In this document: piece after piece, positions 54,463 to 64,000 of the stretch
Layout: each line of letters starts with the position of its first letter
Position numbering within the stretch: position 1 is the stretch's first letter
Assembly: GCA_004764695.1 (NCBI GenBank)
Contig: SMSO01000010.1
Location: forward strand, 1 to 64,000
DNA length: 64,000 nt
Reading direction: 5' to 3'
Source of the DNA: Schizochytrium sp. TIO01
Taxonomy: Eukaryota; Protista; Bigyra: Labyrinthulomycetes
Notes under the pieces: model-generated
Database searches by the model: none
Seen by the model: only the letters and a program-made list of their open reading frames with translations
Told to the model about the DNA's origin: nothing
Translations under genes and position numbers: made by a program

Positions 54463-55892
54463 AAGCCATAGGACGAAATACACAGTTGGAGAGAAATGTG
54501 GATGAATGACCACAATTGTTGAATCAACAGACCTGATTCTTAACCAAGCAAGCACAAAGCTAACAACAATACTTGATTAAGCTAACCACGAATGTATGGC
54601 ATTCGTTTGGTAACTATTGAGTTTACATAACCTTTAACTGTGTAAAGAGGCATCGTTTCAAAAACTCTATTCAATGTTGATTTGCTATAAGTTTGTTAAA
54701 GGAGAAGCGATGATACAAATATTGAACTTCAAGATATCGAAGATCACATCTTTCCTGACTTCTACTATTTAATATCAGGGCTCTTCGATTAATTTGAGAC
54801 TATCCTTGGTATATTAAGTGTATACCTGAACAAATATGTTCAGTAGCTCTATTGAATATCGGAAATTTACCTGTGCTTCTAAATATTGTTGCAAAGCCTT
54901 GTATCACGCCTACTTACATGATTCTTGACAGCTAAGGGGTGAGTACGGACTAATCCGAGAAACGAAAGAAAGCAAGTTAGAGAAGGCTTGAAGAGGGTTC
55001 CTTAAATTTTGGCTTCCAAATTTAGCGATCTGTTTTCTTTTAAAGTGAGTTCGGAGGTAATCTAATTGATGCTATGTTCAAAAGAATTAGATCGACTCAA
55101 TATAGATATAAGATCATTGAAGATATTTGATTAGCTCATTTAATCATTCATGAATTCAGATTGCATTGTAAAATTCTATTGAGCGTGTATGTGCACTTCA
55201 GTTATTGATGTCCTTTGTTTCACAACTACGGATCTGGTTGTCTAAACCTAATCCTATTCAGAAATTAATTCTTTGAGAACTTCTAATCGCACGATAACAA
55301 CTCTAGTAATCTCTTTTTCATATGTCTCAGCGATGGGTGGCTGCGTTGATTATTTTTCAAATTAGTTTTGAGCTCTCAATCATATTGAATATTCAACTCC
55401 TCTTGCTAAATTTATCAGAAAACCCAATAGTTTGAATTGCAGTTTTCTTTGCCGCATTTAAGAGATTAGAGCACTGCAACGATTGACAATCAAGTCTACC
55501 ACTGATAGAGTTCTAACAAGTCAATTGTGCGAGTCTTGGCTTATGTCAAGCTTCTGGAGAAGCATAGTGATGCACATAATAGCTCCCAAACCCCCAAGTT
55601 ATTGGCGTGAGTAAATCCTAAGCACTCTTTAGATTACACCTAAGCTAACCTAAACCAAAACAACCGATGAAATCTGTCAAAAACCTAGCCTCGACTAAAG
55701 TCTGAGAGTCACAAGTGTATTCCCGATGCTTCGTATATAATAGGTGAGCTGAGATAATCAGAGGACCTGGTAAACTTTACCAATACCAGAAGATTACTAA
55801 GTAATAAGTCGAGACTACTCAGCTTTCATTCGTCACTGCACTCAACGTCTATCAATTAACTACATCTTCATGAAATCTCAAAGTTCATACAG

Positions 55893-56306
55893 TGCTGAGA
55901 TCTCCAATCGAAGGAACTGGTGGGCAAGACACTGCTATAGTTCTTGATGTCCCTTTGTGAAACCCTCACTGACATAAGGATTAAAATAGAGCAAGGGTAG
56001 GCAGCCAGATTCATGCGGCTGCCATAGTTAAGAATTTAAAGTGTGATTACACAGTACTTACATCCAAGTATGGTGTAGCTTGGATCGATAGTTGAAGAGG
56101 TTGAATTAACCTAGCCCCATCGACTATCTCTATCACCTTAAAGATTGCTTTAACCTCCTTAATTACTACATGATTCCATCTTCCTGGAATTCATTCTCCA
56201 GGACAGCAGTTCGCTAACTCTTAAATCAAGCTTCTTAAAGCCTTCATCAAGATCTTGCCTTCATATTTATAGTCAACCTCAAGCTGACCAGAGTCATCTT
56301 TTAGCA
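55893..56306. mobile_element. LTR copy (probable solo LTR)
   Basis: TGCTGAGATCTCCAATCGAAGGAACT...GAGTCATCTTTTAGCA; diverged direct repeat of 57566-57980. Confidence 0.75.
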
Positions 56307-57565
56307 ATAAGCATAAACGTTAGGTTAACATTTTGCTGATTCAGTAGTTGCTGTAATTTAAATCCCAATATAGATCGGCGACGAAAAGGTAAGACTGAAT
56401 TGCTTAGCCTCTTTTGAATCTTCACCTGGTGACTTGGTGAATCAATCATAGCAATGGATTGGAGAAAACGACAGTTGTGAAAGGTTTATAGAATTTGCGA
56501 ATGGAATTTTGTCCTTTGTTACATTCACGGACTTTGCAATTGTACCATTTGAGACAGCGACTTTTATAATCATCATATGTAACTCGGTGTTTTGCTATTT
56601 CGAATGATGTGCAGAATCGTTCGTAGACTGGCTTCCGTTACTAAATCTTGCCTGATTCAAACAAGACATGTCCAACTTTGGATTTGTATTTTCTAGAGTC
56701 TTTACATCGTTAATTGTTTCCATGCAATATCGCAACCACTGCATAATCGAGACTTCTTTGATCATGGTTGACTTAAGCTGCTTTCACCTATACTTGTGAC
56801 TAAAATGTTCTTTCGTATTATCTTCTTGTTTGCTTGAACGCTCAGTTCCTGCGCCCCTGGTAACCTTGTTTTATAGAAAGTTTTCTTTCAAGTTCATGCT
56901 GTAGTATTGTTTTCCTCAAAATTACTTGAAGGACGGATCTACAGTGAGGTCAGACTGATAATGTTAGAGTGCATTAGCCTTTTTGCTTAATTAACTGCGA
57001 CATCATTTTGACAAATAAACAATACATACTGTGTGCCTATTGTAGAGAAGCTGTAATTTATTTTAACTGAATCCAAGTCTCTAGCATATCACGTCCTACT
57101 AGAAGAATCAACTATTCGTTCTTCATCAAACAACGAACTGTAAGCGAGATACACCAGAAGCACATGTAGAAAGTCCGTCAAGAGTCCTAACAACTTGCTG
57201 TGATGCTGGTGACACCTTTTTCTCGCACGTTCTTATACATTTAATATACTCACAATCTAGTAATTCATCAAAAAGACAAACCTAGAACAGGTAGGAATGT
57301 TTTTCACGTGCAACTGTACACTTACTAATTAAGCTAACTATAGTGTGGTTGTTTATATTTTGCATTTTCCATGACCTGCCGTAAACATGATGGTTAATGT
57401 AGTGATCCATAGACTGTCTACATGAATATAAGTCTCGTGACGATCTACAGTTAATACGATTATTACCGACAAGTGCAGTAGAGTGTATTGGAGAAAGACA
57501 TTACCTAAACATGTGCGTCACATTCTCTACACTAAAACTTATTATAGCTTTAAAAATTGATCATT

Positions 57566-57980
57566 TGCTGAGATCTCCAATCGAAGGAACTAGTCGACAA
57601 GACATTGCTAGAGTTCTTGGCATCCCTTTATGAAACCCTAGTAGACATAGGCTTACCATAGAGCAAGAGCAGGCAGCAAGATCCATGTGGATGCCAGAGC
57701 CAAGAACCAAAAGTGTGACTACACACTTATCTATATTCAAGTTGGTGTAACTTGAATCAACGGTTGAAGAGGTTGAATCAACCTAGCCCCGTCGATTATC
57801 TCTAACACCATTCAAGAATGTGTTAACCTCCTCCATTACTACATGAATTCATCTGTCCTGGAATTCATTCTCCAGGACAGCATATCACTAACTCTTGAAT
57901 CAAGCTTCTGAAAGCCTTCATTAAGATCTTGCCTTCACCTTTATAGTCAACCTCAGGCTGACCAGAGTCATCTCTCAGCA
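57566..57980. mobile_element. Solo LTR with 5-bp target-site duplication
   Basis: Ends TGCTGAGA...TCTCAGCA (8-bp inverted repeat), flanked by TCATT at 57561-57565 and 57981-57985. Confidence 0.88.
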
Positions 57981-60900
57981 TCATTCGCATTGGTAATGCT
58001 TTAAATCAATTTAATCGTGGTCTTTGATAAAGTGAAATCGTGGGCAGTGAGTAGTTATCTTTTGTAATTCTACTGTATGGTGACACTTACCAAGAGAGAG
58101 GTGAAAGAGGGTGGGATTCGAGTGAAATCAGAAGGAAGGGAATATTTATAATCTTGGTTCACGACTTAGCGATCTGCTGGCCTCGGAAATGAATGCAAAG
58201 AATATTACTGTCATTGTACTTAAATATAAATAATCATGGAGTTAGTCATGACTTAAAGATATCTCATAAGATTGAAATCTGATCCATATCTTCAGGCATC
58301 AGTTCGGGTGTTTGGTTTGTTTCCCCGGTAGTCTCAGACATAGAAAGGATCTAAGCGATGGGCATAGCCACTCAATTAAGGTCCCGAAAGCGATCAATTG
58401 CAAAGCTTGTTCATAGAATAACCATATCTTGTTGTCCTAGGTCTCGGAAAGGATTTCTAGGGACTCTTTAACTAGTGTATTTGCTTGCACCTCCGATTGT
58501 AACCTCAGCAGGAGAGCAATCTATCCTAAAACTGGACCAGTGACTTTGAGGTAAAAAGGCCACAAATCTCAGAGTTCAACAATGTCTAGTCAACACTTCC
58601 AAGCAGTTCACGATTCTATCTTGCATTAGTCATTCCTCTATTCAGAAATAACAGTGGTCTAATTTTATAAACATTTTCAGAAGTTTTAAAGTGCTATTAT
58701 TCTACAAAGTCATTTTCCACAGCTACTAAAAGCTTATTCCTGAGCATCCAGATGTTGACTGTGAAGGTCTAGACATTAAGCCTGGACGGCATAACAAGAA
58801 TCATGAATGCGTTGTATACTTAGGCTCATAGAGTTAGCGATGTGCTAACTTTGGAGATGAACACACAGGTGGAAGACATGCTTCATCTGTCATTCCGTAG
58901 AACTCAAGAGGGTTAGGTTCACTTGTTTCTTTAGCCACTAATTGTGGTTGTCCTTACACATGACTCCTTGGTTACGTAATACACTTTCACTTTTGAGTTT
59001 CCTTAGTCCCACACCATCGTATGTGATAGTTACATCCTCATCATATACAAGTCCTATGTTTAAGACTTATAATAATGTATCCAAAACTCTACTAATCTAT
59101 GGTCCACATATGCCTTCAATTTTAAGTACTGAGAAGGAAAGCAGACACAATATTACCGCACGAATTTGTAAGACTCAAAGGAACACGTTTGTGACACTCT
59201 TGAAGCAATATACAGATAAGCGCCCTAATCTCACCTACTTCACCTAACCTAAGTGACCAGTCCAAGACTCTACCTAGCTCTCCGGTCTAAAATGCTACAT
59301 TCATCCAGATCCTGTATCCAGACCCAAGCACATTCAATAAGACACATATAAACCATAGTCTCAATACTAACTAAGCACAAGAATCTAAGACATTTCCTCG
59401 GTGACCTCTAACCAATCATAACTACATTTCATTATTGAATACCAGTAGCCCCCTTGGATACTATACCATTCCTGACGCAAGCTCATAAAATGATTTTACA
59501 CTACTGAAAAGTTACATTTGGTGCTGGATCTAACATATATAATTGCTTAAACTTGAATGTTACAATGCTGGGTTTGGCATTTATAGTGCGTGTTTTTGCA
59601 AAACACTAATCGCGGTATTTCACGTTTGACCATCTATACCGAAAACTTATCCTTCAGCATTTCCCTGTATTAAATTACGGATATGTCCTTAGCTCACACG
59701 AGTGCAAAACAGCCCATGCTTGAAACTGGGTTTCGGTTTATTTTCAACGCACAGTGATGTCTCTTCCTAATCTACATCGTATTCTTCATGAATTTCACAT
59801 TCCATATCATATTTGATTGATGGGTTCAAGTGAAATTTGTCTTAACGTAGTTATTCTCATTACTTCACATTTGACTTCACAGATCTTGAACTAGGTTTGA
59901 ATAGCTTTTTGACAACTTTGGAAGAATGCAGAAACCGATATGTGCATCTGTGCAAGGCCAAAGCTTGGCGAGCTCATAGGTGACTATCGTGCTTATAAAA
60001 CAGAATTCCTGGGACAAGAAGATCACACATTTAGGAAATTACAAGTGTCCTAAACCTCAGATTCTGGTTGCCAGATAGCTTGATAACTTATATAACTACT
60101 CTTGCCGAAAATTATTAGTCTTGGTTCATGTGTTATAAAGCATTCATTTTTTGTCAACCTGCCTGAATGATGCTTTGAGGCTAGTCACGTCCCATAAATT
60201 TGGAATTCAAAAAGAACAAAGTCTAACGCGTTATTTTAGAAGGTTGGAAAATAAAGAAGATGCAGTTTACTTGTGAGCGTAATGCATTAAACGAAGAGTA
60301 AGAACTCCCTATCTATTCAATTGATAGGGCATTTTAAAATCACCATTGAAATGTCGACCTCCTAGAATGAGAAATTGATTTTTATCAATACATCGGTAAG
60401 ACATAAATCACCCTTTGAAGCATACTCCTAGAGTGTAACATTTGAATCAACAAATAATTTCAAAGAGGTAAATTCTTAAATATTGACCTTATTCATTCGT
60501 ATTGAAGCTCTAGATTTATAAAATACGATTGCTGGAAAGCATCATTCTGCTTTTCAGTCTTACGTTCTATGCAAGAAACTATGTCTTCTTTTAGCAGATA
60601 GTAGCTGTGCGTACAATCCTGTCGTTAAATGCTACTCAGTACTTCGTACCTATTACTTGAGGTAAGGCATTAAACTGTTCTGATAATACTTTTGGAGGAA
60701 AACACATTGTTCACAAGTTTTCTACAGCTAATATAGTAAGATATCCTTGGTCAACTTTAGTAATGGACCAAAAAGGAGCAAAAGCTTGTCCAACCCATAG
60801 GAAACGAGAACAATATGTTTTCCGGTACTCCTCGGAGAACGCGAATTCACATTCTGAGTCAGATTATCTCCTCGTTTCATAAATAAAAGTATAGATGGGA

Positions 60901-62573
60901 TTTTCTTGCAGCTTGAGCATGAGGATGTTCGTCAGAATCGTGGTGTAGTAGTGCCTACTCGCTTAGTTTCACTTCAAGGTAAGATCGGTGACTCTATCTT
61001 GTTAATTGATTTCTTCGCGCCAGGAAGCTTTTACTTTGGGGCCCGCAATACATTAATATGGTTTCACAACTTCATTCTCCGCGGAGCCACACGCATAGAA
61101 TTACTTGGGCACCGAAATACTCGCCGAGAACTCGTATTTTGTACGAGACTGCGTCTTATGGTAGCATGATGGTCCCGTGGAGGGTTTTGTGCGTTGTATT
61201 CTTCACCAAAAATGCCGAACTAGTATAGAACGAGTAGAAACAAACATCACTGGACCGAGTACGAAGTCTCGCAACCAGTGTGCTGGCTGCAGCGAAATAC
61301 AGGTCAGGTGCTCCGGCTGTAGGCGTGCTGGCTACAGCAGCATGCCCACGCCCGATCCAAGGCGCTTCGTCCAAAGCCGCCAAACGGTCTGCTAGTTAGT
61401 TATTGGGATCCTAATGCACGAGGTAATATTGTGAAGTTTCAAGGACTCCGCTCACTTCTCCCCAATATCAGCTTGCTCGGAAGTTCAGTCTGCAATGCGA
61501 TGCCCCAATGAATGCCAATTTTGCAATGCCAGAGCGCTTCGAGAACTCTTCGTTGCAACAGAAGCCAGCATCTTTCTAGGTAGGACGCCCCACCCTTTGC
61601 TTATCTACAGTAAGCAGCGTAAAGAGAAGTCTCCTGTATGAAGCACTATAGACATCACCTCGCAATCCGGAATTTCGGACGCCCTTGAGCGACCGCTCTT
61701 TTGGTTGGTTCTTGGTTCTTTGTCATCGATGTGCTTAATTAATTAAGCCCCCCCCCCCGCCCCCAAAGGCACTGGCATCCAGCAATCTGTACTCTAATAA
61801 GGACTACGCGTGCTGCAAATGACGCTCCAACGTTGCAACTGCCAAGCGCCGTATACGGACTGCACAGGTGCTAAGATTGCTATGCTCTGGTCCTCAGCGC
61901 ACCTTTTAGTTCAAGGTTCTGCGACTTCTGTGCTCTAATTGAAGGCCATCAACAACAAATCAAATCAAATCAAATCAGATCATAGGGCAGGAACTATGGC
62001 TAGTGCTGGCTAGCCAGATGCTACTGACTGGTGCGTGCTCTGGAGAAGGCCCGTCGCACTTTTCGTTCCGTAGCCATTCCTAGGCGGTTCTAAGAAGCCC
62101 ATCTCTTATTGGAATCGAGAATGAGCGAATGAGCGAATGTGCGAAGGATTAGAGTAGAGTACCTCTAGCTACTACTACTAGAGCTCGTAGCCAGCGGAGA
62201 GGTCGAGAAGTCGCTCACCTCCAAAATATGCGAGGAGTTATCTACGCGGCGACTGACAGAGCTTCGGTGCACGTGATTGAGTGGAATGTTCTTCTGCCGC
62301 GCTGGACAGTCAGTCCGCGATTTCTTTCATGCACGTACGCTGTTTTACAGCGTTTCCGCAGTGCTTTTCGTCATGAGAGCAGCGCGGCGAGAAGCGAGCA
62401 CGCACATTTTAAGCCTCCCTTTTTCTTCCTTTCTTCCTTTCTTCCTTCTCTCTTTTAAGTTTGCACTTCTGCTAAGAACCCCATAACAGTGCGTACAAGT
62501 CAAACTTGGTAGAGATGAAAGAAAGTCATCACAAAGTCGAACCAGATAGCGCCACACTTATCTGCTTATACGT

Positions 62574-62652
62574 GTATGTATGTATGTATGTATGTATGTA
62601 TGTATGTATGTATGTATGTATGTATGTATGTATGTATGTATGTATGTATGTA
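62574..62652. repeat. (TATG)n microsatellite
   Basis: Directly visible. Confidence 0.95.
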
Positions 62653-62784
62653 TATATTTATATTGGTTACTGTCATGATTGCCCTCACTCACTTGGTGCT
62701 TTGGAGACCTTCCTATTCGAAGGTCCCCCAAGAAGGCGAAACTCCTTCTGGTCTTCCTCCAGACATGCTTCTGTGAATTGAGTT

Positions 62785-62886
62785 GTTGAAGATTGAGTTG
62801 TTGAAGATTGAATTGAAGATTGAATTGAAGACTGAATTGAAGACTGAATTGAAGACTGAATTAAAGGTTGAGGTGAAGATTGAATT
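62785..62886. repeat. 12-15-bp minisatellite (TTGAAGAYTGAA)
   Basis: Directly visible. Confidence 0.85.
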
Positions 62887-63682
62887 TAATTCAAACGAAG
62901 CCGAGCTCTCGCCTCGTATCCGCTATCTATCGAACTCACCATCTATCTATCCACTGTCCATCGAGCTATCTATCAGTCAGAACTCCAGAAGCCAGCCAGC
63001 CAGCCAGCCACCCACCCGTCGCTCTTTTTCGTTCTTTCTCTCTTGGTCTCTTTTGGCTTTTATGCGAAAAGAGAAGCGGTGTTTTAGAATTCATGTCTTC
63101 GTCAAACAACACCAATTAGCTTAAAAGTTATTATATTTTACAAAATCAACAGCACAAAATTAGTTTAAAGAACGAAGAAGAAGACGAAGCAGGAATCGCA
63201 AAAACACGAGCATTAGAGACAAGAAAAGATCGCAGAAGCTATCATATTCATCGATAACGCTGACCGCAAATCGGCGTTGGGTCTTACTCTCTGACTATGT
63301 GCGAGTTCGCTTGAAAGATAGCCGCACTTTCGATACGGGGCTAAGTGCGCGGGTCGGTCCCTTTAGTCCACTCGCTAGCTAGCAGACGGTTTTCTTTAAA
63401 AGCTTGGCGGGAACCTGCTCCAGTCTTCAAGTCCTTCGGGTCTCGAGACTCCCTCCCTCTCTTCAGAGAATTTGATTCGCCTCTCGGGTCTCCCTCCGTC
63501 AGCAGGTCTTGCACGTATTCACGATTGATAGTTCGGGTGCTGGTTTCGAGCGAAGGCTGCGCTACCGCCCAGAGAGAGCTACAGCTATTGATCATCTCTC
63601 ACCCAGAGCGATTTGATTGACTATGACCCGTGGATTCTCCTGTTCCACAAAATCACAGTTGCCTGATCGAAGATTTCATTTT

Positions 63683-63740
63683 AATAAATAAATGAATAAA
63701 TGAATAAATAAATAAATAAATAAATAAATGAATAAATGAA

Positions 63741-63787
<47 letters not shown>

Positions 63788-63788
63788 A
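63683..63788. repeat. (AAAT)n/(GAAT)n microsatellite
   Basis: Directly visible. Confidence 0.95.
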
Positions 63789-64000
63789 ATTATTTTTAGG
63801 ATATGTATGAAAACTTTTATTTATTTATTTATTTTAAAGTTAGAGATATAGTGATGGATAAGTAAACATTGACGATCAGGGAAAAGAGAGGAGGGCTAAA
63901 AACGAAGCCGTGGGCTCCGAAATAACCTGCTGCTCGCCCGACAAGGACCGCGACTTCTTGGTCTCTACGGCGCAGAAGAGAGAAAGACATAACGAGAGAA

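Noticed and set aside
53775-57000. Faint copia RT/RNase H-like peptide remnants
   Set aside because: Too degenerate to assign by eye; needs TBLASTN
62506-63124. ORFs with YVCM and KTEL repeats
   Set aside because: Translations of micro- and minisatellites
1-64000. tRNA, rRNA or telomeric repeats
   Set aside because: None recognised by eye; tRNAscan/Rfam not run

Overview
The window has two very different halves. Bases ~1-31,980 are gene-dense, apparently intron-free and have short AT-rich spacers. They encode Nucleocytoviricota (giant DNA virus) hallmarks: a double-jelly-roll major capsid protein, an Erv1/Alr sulfhydryl oxidase paired with a thioredoxin-fold protein, and an A16/G9/J5-like entry-fusion protein. 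Also present are a phage-type Dam methylase, MSV199/KilA-N-like paralogs, a papain-like protease with PAN domains, a basic HMG-like protein paired with an acidic protein, a Crinkler-type NTPase-nuclease and many orphan membrane proteins. Bases ~31,980-64,000 look like eukaryotic host DNA: microsatellite-rich intergenic sequence, an ankyrin gene, a vWA-PAN-mucin gene and three related LTRs. The overall style resembles a thraustochytrid/stramenopile, but that is inference only. The best reading is the right-hand end of an endogenous giant virus, with the junction inside a truncated viral gene at ~31,975. The most novel-looking system is a dispersed family of four viral membrane proteins. Each has a hydrophobic segment at both ends, a Thr-rich stalk and a highly divergent beta-rich domain framed by conserved Cys and Arg motifs. 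All family assignments come from motifs recognised by eye; no searches were run.
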